Shown one piece after another: positions 7,766-17,045 of a stretch of 64,000 nucleotides of DNA. The stretch is from an uncultured delta proteobacterium (lineage in GTDB: Bacteria; Desulfobacterota; Binatia; Binatales; Binataceae). Position numbers and translations under genes: made by a program. Position 1 is the stretch's first letter. Each line of letters begins with the position of its first letter. The notes under the pieces are model-generated. The model searched no databases. It saw nothing but the letters and a program-made list of their open reading frames with translations, and was not told the DNA's origin. The DNA lies in the NCBI GenBank assembly GCA_963724765.1, contig CAVRVY010000001.1:1088001-1152000 (forward strand), in the 5' to 3' direction.

Positions 7766-9978
7766 TGGCCCGGCAGGTGACGCTCAAGCTCGGCTTTGCC
7801 GGCGACGTTCGCGACGTGACCGTCGTGCTTCCCGACGGCGAGCCGATTCCCTGGCAATGGGGCGAGCAGTTCAGCGTATTGCGCAAGGAGACTCCGCGCG
7901 TCGACGGCCCGCTCAAGGCGACCGGGGGCGCGCGCTACAGCTACGACATCCAGATGCCCGGGATGCTCTACGGCGCGATCCTGCGGAGCCCCTATGCGCA
8001 CGCGACGGTAGGTAACGTCGATTTGTCCGAAGCCCGGCGGCAAAGCGGCGTGATCGCGGCGCTGCGGGTCGAAGATAGCGAGGTCCGCTTCGCTGGCCAG
8101 CAGGTCGCCGCCGTCGCCGCGGTCAGCCCCGAGCTTGCGACCCAGGCGCTCGGCCACATCAAGGTCGAATACACGCCGCTGCCGTTCGTGGTCGATATGG
8201 ACAAGGCGATGGCCGCCGGAGCGGCAAAGGTTTTCGGCAGCCGCCCGAACCTTGGCGAGCCTCGCGTCACAAGCCTCGGCGACGTGGCGCGTGGCTTTCG
8301 CGCAGCCGCCGCCGTTCACGAGGCGCTCTACACCACGCCGGTTCAGACGCACGTCTCGCTCGAGACTCACGGCGCGGTCGCGAGCTGGAACGACGACGAG
8401 CTTACGGTCTGGTGCTCGAGCCAGGGCGTTTTCACCGTGCGCGACGACCTTGCGGTGCTCTTCGAGTTGCCGCCCGACAAGGTGCGCGTGATAACCGAGT
8501 ACCTGGGCGGCGGTTTCGGCTCGAAATTCGGCGCCGGCGCCGAGGTCGTGATCGCCGCGCGGCTGGCGCGCCTCGCCAGCGCGCCGGTGAAGCTCATGCT
8601 GCCGCGCGAGGCCGAGCATGTCGCCACCGGTAATCGGCCGAGCTCCTCGCAACGGGTCAAGCTCGGAGCCGGCGCCGACGGCAAGCTGACAGCAATCGAG
8701 CTGACTTCCCATGGCAGTGGCGGAATCGGCGGCGGTGCGGGAGTCTCGGGGCCGTATCGTTCGATCTATCCCTGCGCCAACCTCCATATCGAAGAGCGCG
8801 ACGTCTATATCAACGCCGGACCGTCGTCACCGATGCGCGCGCCGGGATGGGTGCAGGGTCTGTTCACACTGGAGCTCGCGATGGACGAGCTGGCGCGCAA
8901 GCTGAAGCTCGACCGGCTGGAGTTTCGCCGGCGCAACGATGACAACCCGGTGCGCGCCGCCGAGTTCGAGCTGGGCGCGCAACGCTTCGGATGGGTGGAA
9001 AAGAGCTCGGCGGCCAAATCGTCGACCGGGCTACCGGGATATCTAAGGCGCGGAGTCGCGGTCGCTTCGTGTGCCTGGCATAGCCTTGGCCGCTCCGGCC
9101 CGGAGGCTATCGCCGTGGCGCGGCGCGACGGCCGTTTCGAGGTGCGCGTCGGTACCCAGGACATCGGCACCGGGACCCGCACGGTGCTGGCGATGGTGGC
9201 GGCGGAGGAACTCGGGATGCCGCTAAGCGCGGTGAGCGCGCAGATCGGCGACACGCGCTTTCCCTTCTCGGTGCCGTCGGGCGGCAGCAGCACCAGCCCC
9301 TCGGACTCGCCCGCCATCCGCCAGGCCGCCGCGCATCTCAAGCAGAAGCTCTTTCGAATCGCGGCCCCGATGCTCGGCGTGGAGCCGGGCGACCTCGAGG
9401 CGCGCGACGCCACGATTCGCGTCCGCTTCGAGCCCGCGCGCGCGGTCGCGATGGCCGAGGTCTGCCGGCGTATCCCCGGCGATTCAATTTCGGCCGAAGG
9501 CGAGCGCGTGCCGAACTATCAGGGCTTTCGCTACGACCAGGCCGGATGCCAGTTCGCCGAGGTCGAGGTCGATATCGAGACCGGCGTGGTGCGCGTGCTC
9601 AAGGTAGTCGCGGTGCATGACTCGGGGCTGATTATCGATCCACTCACCGCGCGCAGCCAGGTCAACGGCGGCGTGATCATGGGCGTCGGGTTCGCGCTCT
9701 TCGAGGACCGTCGCCTCGATCCGCAGACCGGACTGATGGTCAATCCGACGATGGACGACTACAAGCTGCCCGGGTCGCTCGACACCCCCGATATCGACGT
9801 GACCTTCGTCGAGGTCGCCAACGGCGTCACCAATACCGGCGTTATCGGATTGGGCGAGGCCGCGCATGTCTGCTCGACGGCGGTGGTCGCATGTGCGGTG
9901 TACGACGCGATTGGCGTGCCGATACGCGATCTCCCGATCACGCCCGACCGCGTGCTGGCGGCGCTGGGCAAGGTTTGA
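7765..9978 (+). CDS. Xanthine dehydrogenase-family molybdopterin-binding subunit (PaoC/YagR-like)
   Basis: KATGGARY, GGGFGSK, MRAPG, QDIGTG, QVNGGVIMG and GLGE motifs; TGATG overlap with the preceding gene. Confidence 0.92.
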   Translation: MARQVTLKLGFAGDVRDVTVVLPDGEPIPWQWGEQFSVLRKETPRVDGPLKATGGARYSYDIQMPGMLYGAILRSPYAHATVGNVDLSEARRQSGVIAALRVEDSEVRFAGQQVAAVAAVSPELATQALGHIKVEYTPLPFVVDMDKAMAAGAAKVFGSRPNLGEPRVTSLGDVARGFRAAAAVHEALYTTPVQTHVSLETHGAVASWNDDELTVWCSSQGVFTVRDDLAVLFELPPDKVRVITEYLGGGFGSKFGAGAEVVIAARLARLASAPVKLMLPREAEHVATGNRPSSSQRVKLGAGADGKLTAIELTSHGSGGIGGGAGVSGPYRSIYPCANLHIEERDVYINAGPSSPMRAPGWVQGLFTLELAMDELARKLKLDRLEFRRRNDDNPVRAAEFELGAQRFGWVEKSSAAKSSTGLPGYLRRGVAVASCAWHSLGRSGPEAIAVARRDGRFEVRVGTQDIGTGTRTVLAMVAAEELGMPLSAVSAQIGDTRFPFSVPSGGSSTSPSDSPAIRQAAAHLKQKLFRIAAPMLGVEPGDLEARDATIRVRFEPARAVAMAEVCRRIPGDSISAEGERVPNYQGFRYDQAGCQFAEVEVDIETGVVRVLKVVAVHDSGLIIDPLTARSQVNGGVIMGVGFALFEDRRLDPQTGLMVNPTMDDYKLPGSLDTPDIDVTFVEVANGVTNTGVIGLGEAAHVCSTAVVACAVYDAIGVPIRDLPITPDRVLAALGKV

Positions 9979-10038
9979 GGAACAATCTGAGGGCAAAGTT
10001 TTGAGGACTGGATAAGCTTCAACGCTGAATAAAGTTCG

Positions 10039-11031
10039 ATGAACCGCTTTGAGATCGTGACGCCCGCTGATTTGCCCGCAGCCGTGCGGCTGCTCGCGCA
10101 GCCCGGACATATGGCGCTGGCCGGCGGCGTCGACACGCTCGACCTGCTCAAGCAGCAACTGGCCGCGCCGCGCACGCTGGTCGATCTGAACGGGCTCAAG
10201 GAGCTGCAGGGGATCGACACGGCGCCCGACGGCGGATTGCGCGTGGGCGCGCTGGCGCGCCTGAGCGACGTGGCGGCGCATCCGCTCGTGCGCTCGCGTT
10301 TCGCGGCGGTGGCCGCGGCGGCCGGCGAAGCGGCGACCCCACAGATTCGCAACCTCGGGACCGTCGGCGGCAACCTGCTCCAGCGGCCGCGATGCTGGTA
10401 CTTTCGCAACCCCGACATCATGTGCCTCAAGAAGGGCGGCCATATCTGCTACGCGATAAACGGGCTCAATCGCTATCACGCGATCCTTGGCGGCGGTCCG
10501 TCGTTCATCGTGCATCCGTCCAACCTTGCCCCGGCCCTGATCGCCTTCGGCGCAAGTGTCCGGCTTGCCGGTCCCGCCGGCGAACGCAAGGTCGTGCTTG
10601 ACCAGTTCTTCGCGCTGCCGAGCGTCGACGCGAGACGCGAGAACGTCCTGCAGCCCGGCGAGATAGTGGTCGAGGTGATCGTGCCGCCGCCCGCGGCGTC
10701 GACGCACAGCGCCTACCTCGAAGTGCGCGAGAAGCAGAGCTTCGATTGGCCGCTGGTGAGCGCCGCGGTGGTGCTTGAAATCGATCCGGACGCGAAGAAA
10801 ATCCACCAGGCGAGCGTGGTGCTCGGCGCGGTGGCGCCGATACCGTGGCGCTCGCGCGAGGCCGAGCAGGCGCTCGCAGGCGCCACGCTCGATCGTGCAC
10901 GCGCGGTTAGTGCGGCAGAGGCGGCGCTCAAGGACGCTCGGCCGCTGCCGCATAACGCCTACAAGGTCGCAATCGCCCGCGCTGTGGTGCGGCGCACGGT
11001 GCTCCGCGCGGGTCAGGTTGAGGATGCCTGA
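10039..11031 (+). CDS. FAD-binding subunit (PaoB/YagS-like)
   Basis: LAGGVD, QIRNLGTVGGNLLQRPRCWYFR, Fe-S insert and NAYK motifs. Confidence 0.92.
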   Translation: MNRFEIVTPADLPAAVRLLAQPGHMALAGGVDTLDLLKQQLAAPRTLVDLNGLKELQGIDTAPDGGLRVGALARLSDVAAHPLVRSRFAAVAAAAGEAATPQIRNLGTVGGNLLQRPRCWYFRNPDIMCLKKGGHICYAINGLNRYHAILGGGPSFIVHPSNLAPALIAFGASVRLAGPAGERKVVLDQFFALPSVDARRENVLQPGEIVVEVIVPPPAASTHSAYLEVREKQSFDWPLVSAAVVLEIDPDAKKIHQASVVLGAVAPIPWRSREAEQALAGATLDRARAVSAAEAALKDARPLPHNAYKVAIARAVVRRTVLRAGQVEDA

Positions 11032-11042
11032 TTCTGGTAAGT

Positions 11043-11261
11043 ATGCCTGACATGCCGGACGCAACGCGAAACTTCTGCCTCTACCTGCGCACCAAGAACG
11101 GGTACTTTCGCTCACCCGAGGCCCGTAGGATGATCGACCCGGACAGTTCGACCGCCTGCTACAGGTGCCTGCTGACCCAAAGTCCGGTCGGTCCTGACGG
11201 TCTGCCGTGCGACGCCCGCGAGTGCACGGAGAGTCGGGGCTGCTTTAAGGAGGAGAATTGA
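11043..11261 (+). CDS. Small Cys-rich hypothetical protein (6 Cys)
   Basis: CLYLRTK..CYRC..T..GPDG..C..C..RGCF. Starts 11 bp after the FAD subunit gene. Confidence 0.7.
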   Translation: MPDMPDATRNFCLYLRTKNGYFRSPEARRMIDPDSSTACYRCLLTQSPVGPDGLPCDARECTESRGCFKEEN

Positions 11262-11434
11262 CGGCGATGGGCTGCGCGCGCGGCGTCGGCGCGCTCTATC
11301 GCCTCGGCCGGCGCGCGGTTTCGGTCGCACTTATCGTTATCTTCGCCGCATATTGCACGTCTGAGTCCCATTTCCGTGAGTTTGTTTCGAGTTACAGCTT
11401 GAAGGGCGGGATTGGCGGGTGTTAGTGTAGCGCC

Positions 11435-11475
11435 TTGCTCCTTGCTCCCTCTGGGGGCTGGAATCCACAAGGAGG
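11435..11475 (+). promoter_or_regulatory. S6:S18 ribosomal protein leader RNA
   Basis: TTGCTCCTTGCTCCCTCTGGGGGCTG..CAAGGAGG. CTCCTTG can pair with the RBS CAAGGAG around an inner hairpin, the layout of the known rpsF leader. Confidence 0.7.
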
Positions 11476-11482
11476 CTGCCGC

Positions 11483-12040
11483 GTGCGGCGCTACGAAACT
11501 ATTTTCATCCTTCGCTCCGATCTGGGCGAAGCCCAGGTCAAGGACAACATCAAGCGTTTCGAGGGTTTGGTCGCCACCGGCGGCGGCGAGCTGCTCGAAA
11601 CTGACGAATGGGGCTTTCGCGAACTGGCCTACCGGATTCACAACGAACGCCGGGGCTATTACGTCCGCCTTGACTATGCCGCCACCGGCCCCGTGATGAA
11701 CGAGGTCGAACGCAATCTTAAACTGTCCGATAGCGTGCTGCGCTACCTCTCGGTGTTGCTCGATCCCGAGGTCGATACCGCCAAAGTGCGCGCGGAAATC
11801 GAGGCTCGGCTCCATCGCGCGGCAGAAGCAAAGGCCGCGGCCGAGGCCCGTATGGCTGCAGCCGCTGCCGCCGCCGAGCATCCCGCCGGCGAGGCGCATC
11901 CGGCCGCTCCAGTTGCCGATCTTACGCCCGAGGAGGCGGCGGGCGAGGCTGAAGTAGCGCAGAGGGCCGTGTCCGAACAGCCGGAGGGAATCGCCCCTGA
12001 CGCGGAGGCGAGTCCCACGAGTGAGCCGAAACAGGATTGA
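11483..12040 (+). CDS. rpsF: 30S ribosomal protein S6 with long Ala/Glu-rich tail
   Basis: RRYETIFIL..WGFRELAYRI..GYY..VLRYL. Confidence 0.95.
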   Translation: MRRYETIFILRSDLGEAQVKDNIKRFEGLVATGGGELLETDEWGFRELAYRIHNERRGYYVRLDYAATGPVMNEVERNLKLSDSVLRYLSVLLDPEVDTAKVRAEIEARLHRAAEAKAAAEARMAAAAAAAEHPAGEAHPAAPVADLTPEEAAGEAEVAQRAVSEQPEGIAPDAEASPTSEPKQD

Positions 12041-12327
12041 ACTGGTCGGCAAAGTGGCTTCCACGCCCGAGGTGCGGACCACGCCGACCGGGAAACCGGT
12101 GTTAAGGATCGAGGTCGACTGCGGCGAAGGCCGCGAGCACCTGCGGCTGGGAATCCTTATGGCAGGGGAGGGCGCCCGCGAGCTTGGCGCGCGTATTTCC
12201 GCCGGAACGACGGTCAGGTAACGGGAGCTTTGCGTGCGGTACCCGGGCGCGTGGGATCTGCGGCTGCGGGCGGGGTCGAAGTGCTGCAACCGAGGTAAGC
12301 GAAGTCGTCGCGGACGCGGTTTCATAG
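12021..12327 (+). pseudogene. PriB/SSB-like OB-fold gene, frameshifted in this sequence
   Basis: NRIELVG...RTTPTGKPV sits between rpsF and rpsR. The frame stops at 12221 but continues (VTGAL..) if one G is restored at about 12218. Confidence 0.7.
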
Positions 12328-12414
12328 AGTCGATGATTTTATCGCATAAGAGTTAATCAGGCGCTTTAAAGCCTGGCTTGGATACGATTCGACGCAGGAT
12401 TTGACAGGACAAAA

Positions 12415-12777
12415 ATGGCCGACGAAGAAAGAATGGAACAAGGCCCCGGACATGGTGGCCATGAGCACGGCCGCGGGCCGCGACCTGGGGGTCCGCGCTC
12501 GGACTCCGATCGCCCGGGCGAGGGACGCGGGGGCGAGCGAGGCGGGATGCGCCGGCGGCCCGGCGGAAGCCGGCGCAAAGTATGCCGTTTCTGCGCCGAC
12601 AAGGCGCTAAAGGTCGATTACAAAGACGTGCGCACTTTACAGAATTTCATCACTGAAGGCGGCAAGATCGTGCCCAGCCGCACTTCAGGCAACTGCGCGC
12701 GCCATCAGCGCCAGCTCGCGGTCGCGATAAAGCGCGCGCGGGTGATAGCGCTGTTGCCCTTTTCTACTCTGGGATGA
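12415..12777 (+). CDS. rpsR: 30S ribosomal protein S18 (N-terminal Gly/Arg extension)
   Basis: [37 protein letters not shown]. Confidence 0.97.
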   Translation: MADEERMEQGPGHGGHEHGRGPRPGGPRSDSDRPGEGRGGERGGMRRRPGGSRRKVCRFCADKALKVDYKDVRTLQNFITEGGKIVPSRTSGNCARHQRQLAVAIKRARVIALLPFSTLG

Positions 12778-12810
12778 CGAGGGCGTGACAATCAGGATGA
12801 CGAGCGAGCG

Positions 12811-13782
12811 GTGAGACGCAGGCGGATAATCATCGGGCTGCTGGTGGGTGCGATTCGCGCGGCCTTCCTGTCGGCGGCGTTCTATCTGGCGGCGGCGGTG
12901 GTGCCGCTGGTGGGGGCGATAGCCTCGCTGTTCGCGCCGGCGCCGATTCTGCTCTTCTCTGTAGGGTTTGCGAGGGCGCGATTGCGCGCCACGGTGGCGA
13001 TTGTGGTGGCTGCCGCCGCGGTCATGATGCTTGGCGGATGGATCGCGGCGCTTGGCTACCTGGTGACCTTCGGACTGGCCGCGGCCGTGATGTGCGACAT
13101 GATCGAGCGGCGCAAGCCCTTCGAGACGATCGTGCTGGTGACCGGCGCGCTCGTTTTGGCGGCCAGCGTGATCGCGGCCTTCGCGATGGCTGGTTCGGCC
13201 GAGGCATTGGCCAAAGGGGTCCACGATGCGTTGGCGTCGGGGATGGCGCGCGGCCACGACTTTTACAAAGTGCTCGGCATAGAGACCGGGATGGCCCACG
13301 AGGCTGAGGCCGGTCTGCTGGACATGATGCTGCGGCTGTGTCCGGCGCTGGTGGCGATGTGCGCGGGCTTTGGCGCGCTGCTCAATCTGGCGGCGTTTTG
13401 GCGGCTGGGCGGCCGACAGCGGCTCAGTTATCCACTGTTTGGCGACCTGGCCCGATGGTCGACGCCGGAATGGCTCATCTGGGTGTTGTTGGCGGCCGGG
13501 TTCGGGATGTTCGTTCCAGTGCCGGCGCTGGCGGTGGCCGCGATGGATGCGTTCGTGTGCGTGGCGGCGGTCTACTTCTGCCAGGGGCTGGCGATCATGG
13601 CCTTCTATTTTAAGGCCCTGGTTATCCCACCATGGGTCCGGGGATTGATCTATTTTGTTACAATAATTCAGCCGGTGCTTGCGGCGCTGGTATGCGCAGC
13701 CGGTATTTTCGATCTCTGGGTAGATTTTCGGCGGCTCAAACCGCCGAGCCAGGAGGCAGGTAACTTTGGCGACTTTTTCTAA
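12811..13782 (+). CDS. DUF2232 (YybS-like) membrane protein
   Basis: Multi-TM; QGLAI and GIFDLWVDFRR motifs; conserved position between rpsR and rplI. Confidence 0.85.
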   Translation: MRRRRIIIGLLVGAIRAAFLSAAFYLAAAVVPLVGAIASLFAPAPILLFSVGFARARLRATVAIVVAAAAVMMLGGWIAALGYLVTFGLAAAVMCDMIERRKPFETIVLVTGALVLAASVIAAFAMAGSAEALAKGVHDALASGMARGHDFYKVLGIETGMAHEAEAGLLDMMLRLCPALVAMCAGFGALLNLAAFWRLGGRQRLSYPLFGDLARWSTPEWLIWVLLAAGFGMFVPVPALAVAAMDAFVCVAAVYFCQGLAIMAFYFKALVIPPWVRGLIYFVTIIQPVLAALVCAAGIFDLWVDFRRLKPPSQEAGNFGDFF

Positions 13783-13811
13783 GCGCCGGAGGAGTTTCGG
13801 CGGTCAAGCCT

Positions 13812-14261
13812 ATGAATGTGCAAGTAATTTTAAGTGAGGACGTGCCCAATCTGGGCCGTCCCGGAGACGTGGTCAAGGTCCGCGCCGGGTACGCTCGCAA
13901 CTACCTGCTGCCGCGCCGTCTCGCGGTCGAGGCCAGTTCCAGGAATCTGCGCGCCTTCGAGCATCAGAAGGGCCTGGCGATGCTGCGGCGCGAGACCAAC
14001 AAGGGCGTCGCGCTCAGGCTCAAACAGCAGCTCGAAGCGTTGACGCTCACGGTCGGCGCCAACGCCGGCGAAGAGGGCAAGTTGTTCGGATCGGTGACCA
14101 ATATCGATATCGAACGGGCGTTGCGCGAGCGCGGATTCAATATCGAGCGGCGAAAGATAATGTTGGCTGAGCCCATCAAGCAGCTCGGCGAGTTTACCGT
14201 TCCGGTGAGGCTCGACCCGGAGGTTGAAGCTGGCGTGAAGCTCACAGTCGCGGCGTCATAA
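13812..14261 (+). CDS. rplI: 50S ribosomal protein L9
   Basis: VILSEDVPNLG..GYARNYLLP..GKLFGSVT. Confidence 0.97.
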   Translation: MNVQVILSEDVPNLGRPGDVVKVRAGYARNYLLPRRLAVEASSRNLRAFEHQKGLAMLRRETNKGVALRLKQQLEALTLTVGANAGEEGKLFGSVTNIDIERALRERGFNIERRKIMLAEPIKQLGEFTVPVRLDPEVEAGVKLTVAAS

Positions 14262-14273
14262 GGCCATCCGGGT

Positions 14274-14912
14274 ATGATGAAACTTTACGATTTCCTGCCC
14301 TGCCCATTCGGTCAAAAAGTGCGGATCGTTCTGGCGGAGAAGAGCCTCACCTACGAGCTCATCCAGATCGACCTCGCCCAAAACGACCAGCGGCGTCCCG
14401 AATTCCTGCGCCTCAACCCGTTCGCCCGGGTTCCGGTGCTGGTCGACGAGGACACCACCGTCTACGATTCGACGATCATCGTCGAATACCTGGAAGACGA
14501 GTATCCGGAGCCCCCGGTGTTGCCAACGATCAGCTCGAGCGCGCTGCGCGCGCGGGCACGGCTCTTCGAGGATTTTGCCGACACCTCGTTCACGCCACAG
14601 GTCGGACAGCTCATGGCCGAGATGGCTCGGGCCGAGGGCGAGCGCGACCAGGGACGCCTCCAGCGGTTGCATCGTTCGATCGAGCGGGCGCTCGATTATC
14701 TCAATCATGAGCTCACCGGTCAGCAGTTTCTTGCCGGCGATTTTTCGGTCGCCGACATCGGCTTTGCGCCGCGCGTGTTGGTGCTGAGCGAACTGGGCCT
14801 CGAGACGAGCACCAATCGCCCCAACGTCGACGCCTGGATAAAGCGGATGCTGGAGCGGCCGAGCATTCAGTCGCTGCAAGGCGTGACGCTCGAGCCGCTG
14901 GCCGGAGTTTAA
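14274..14912 (+). CDS. Glutathione S-transferase family protein
   Basis: CPF..KVRI, LNPFARVPVL, YDSTIIVEYL and FSVADI motifs. Confidence 0.92.
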   Translation: MMKLYDFLPCPFGQKVRIVLAEKSLTYELIQIDLAQNDQRRPEFLRLNPFARVPVLVDEDTTVYDSTIIVEYLEDEYPEPPVLPTISSSALRARARLFEDFADTSFTPQVGQLMAEMARAEGERDQGRLQRLHRSIERALDYLNHELTGQQFLAGDFSVADIGFAPRVLVLSELGLETSTNRPNVDAWIKRMLERPSIQSLQGVTLEPLAGV

Positions 14913-15004
14913 TCACCGCGCGCGAGATCCAAACGATCCATCTCGCCGCGCGATCTCGCTGAGCAATCTTTTTGATCGATTTTGCGGATCGATCCTGAAG
15001 CCGG

Positions 15005-15047
15005 AAAAAGACAGACGCGCCGTCCGTACAAACGGGCGGCGCGCCTG
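15005..15047 (-). terminator. Rho-independent terminator
   Basis: GC-rich stem (CAGACGCGCCGTCCGT/ACGGGCGGCGCGCCTG) followed by a U-tract on the minus strand. Confidence 0.8.
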
Positions 15048-15136
15048 ATTTCAGGGTCACGGATGTGGAGCGGTAACGTCCTAACCTAGACCATCCGCGG
15101 TCGGTTTAATAGGGCAACCGGTTAGTAGGCGGCCCC

Positions 15137-15439
15137 TTAATAACGTTGATCCTCACCGAACAGTGGCTCTTCCTCGTCAGCTCGCGTCGAGGCCACGCCG
15201 GTTGCCCGGTAGAGCAGCTTGGCAGCGAACAGCTTGTTGCCCAGCCGGCCCTGCGGCTTGAGCATCCCGCCGTGTCGACGGCATCGTGGACAGGCCATCG
15301 TGCCGCTTAGCAGGCTGGCGTTGTCTGGAGTGATTCGCAAATCAAAGGTCGCTCCGCATCCCGGGTTCTGACATGCGGTCCTGTATACCACCCCCGGTCG
15401 CTCGGCGGTCTTGGTTTCAGTGCTCATCGCGGTTTGCAT
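15137..15439 (-). CDS. Small Zn-ribbon-like hypothetical protein
   Basis: CQNPGC and CPRC pairs; RBS GAAGGAG. Confidence 0.7.
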   Translation of the reverse strand: MQTAMSTETKTAERPGVVYRTACQNPGCGATFDLRITPDNASLLSGTMACPRCRRHGGMLKPQGRLGNKLFAAKLLYRATGVASTRADEEEPLFGEDQRY

Positions 15440-15519
15440 AGCGCTATCTCCTTCCTGCGTCTATAAGTCCTTATCGGCCGCGCCGTTGGATTAGACGTAA
15501 ATGGTTTATAGAAGTTTCA

Positions 15520-15536
15520 AGCAAGCGATGTGCCGG
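15520..15536 (-). promoter_or_regulatory. Sigma-54 (-24/-12) promoter CCGGCACATCGCTTGCT
   Basis: GG-N10-GC with GGCAC and TTGC, followed upstream by an AT-rich region. Confidence 0.7.
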
Positions 15537-15809
15537 AATTGCCCTGAAGCTGCGATCGAAGAAAATCCATATATAAATCTTGATCTTAGAGACCTTGAGC
15601 GCGTTTGAGACCGGGATCATGAAAATTTCGCACTGTGGTCCTTTTTTGCAACAATCGTAACGGGTTTCTGGCAAAATGACCCAGAATCTCAAAGAGAAGC
15701 GTCTCATTTTAGAGCGGTTTCTATTTTGCGATGCTAATTATACGAGACGGCGCGCTCCTGGGATGACCGCCGAATGATCAGCTGATTAAACGAGAGGGTG
15801 GGCAGGGCA

Positions 15810-17045
15810 ATGAGGACGCTTGCGATGGTGATGGCTGGGGGACTGGGCAGCAGACTTCATCCGCTGACCCGCGACCGCGCCAAGCCAGCCGTGCCTTTCG
15901 GTGGGAAGTATCGGATCATCGATTTCGTCCTCTCCAACCTCGTGAATTCAAGAATCTATGCGATTTACGTGTTGGTCCAATGGCGCTCGCAGTCGCTTAT
16001 CGAGCACCTCAAGGACGGATGGCAGTTCGGCGGAATACTCAACGATCAGTTCGTCACTCCCGTCCCGGCGCAGATGCGGATGGGCGAGAGTTGGTACCAG
16101 GGCACTGCCGATGCCATCTTCCAGAATCTCAACCTGCTCGACGACAACCGCCCCGACCTCGTAGCGGTCTTCGGCGCCGACCATATCTATCGGATGGACG
16201 TGCAGCAGATGATCGAGTTCCATCTCGAGCGCAAAGCGGCCGTGACCGTCGCCACCATCCCGGTGTCCGTCGAGGAGTCCGACCAGTTCGGTATCGTCGA
16301 GGTCGATTCGGGGCTTCGCGTGTCGGGCTTCGAGGAGAAGCCGTCCACGGTCCATCCGATGCCGGGGGCTCCGGGACAATGTCTCGCCTCGATGGGCAAC
16401 TATCTGTTCGATCCCGAGGTGCTGCGCCGGGCGCTGCTGGAGGACTCGACGATCGCGTCGAGCCATCACGATTTCGGCCGCGATCTCATCCCACGCCTGA
16501 TTGAAAACGTTCCGGTCTACGCCTATAACTTCATGACCAATCGCATCCAGGGCGATTCCGAGGTCAACCTGAGTTACTGGCGCGACGTCGGCACGATCGA
16601 CGCTTACTACGAAGCCAACATGGATCTGCGCGACGCGCGGCCTCATCTGAACCTTTACAACCAGCGCTGGCCGCTGCGCACGGCTTACTACGACCAGCCG
16701 CCGGCCAAGTTCGTCTTCGACGAGAACGGGCGCCGCGGCGAGGCGCTGCACTCGATCATCTCCGAGGGCTGCATCGTGTCGGGCGGGATAGTGCGCAACT
16801 CGGTGCTCGGCCGTTCGGTCTTCGTGCACTCGTGGAGCCATGTCGAGGATTCGGTGCTGATGGACTATAGCGAGATCGGCCGCCACGCCCGCGTCCGCCG
16901 CGCGATCATCGACAAGAACGTTTACGTCCCCGAGGGCGACGAGATCGGTTACGATCTCGAGCGTGACCGCCAGCGCTTTCACGTCACCGACTCCGGCCTG
17001 GTCGTGATCGCCAAGGCCCCCAAGCGCGAACGGCAGAGCCTGTGA
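15810..17045 (+). CDS. glgC: Glucose-1-phosphate adenylyltransferase
   Basis: MAGGLGSRL.PLT..RAKPAVPFGG, WYQGTADA, FEEKP and YWRDVGT motifs. Confidence 0.97.
   Translation: MRTLAMVMAGGLGSRLHPLTRDRAKPAVPFGGKYRIIDFVLSNLVNSRIYAIYVLVQWRSQSLIEHLKDGWQFGGILNDQFVTPVPAQMRMGESWYQGTADAIFQNLNLLDDNRPDLVAVFGADHIYRMDVQQMIEFHLERKAAVTVATIPVSVEESDQFGIVEVDSGLRVSGFEEKPSTVHPMPGAPGQCLASMGNYLFDPEVLRRALLEDSTIASSHHDFGRDLIPRLIENVPVYAYNFMTNRIQGDSEVNLSYWRDVGTIDAYYEANMDLRDARPHLNLYNQRWPLRTAYYDQPPAKFVFDENGRRGEALHSIISEGCIVSGGIVRNSVLGRSVFVHSWSHVEDSVLMDYSEIGRHARVRRAIIDKNVYVPEGDEIGYDLERDRQRFHVTDSGLVVIAKAPKRERQSL

Noticed and set aside
7687-11115. Long antisense ORFs (also 15948-17048, 30918-32906, 49583-51271, 54895-56796)
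   Set aside because: They shadow well-supported genes on the opposite strand, as expected in high-GC DNA, and have no recognisable motifs.
15076-15092. tRNA D-arm-like GTCTAGGTTAGGAC (minus strand)
   Set aside because: No T-arm, anticodon arm or acceptor stem, so not a tRNA.
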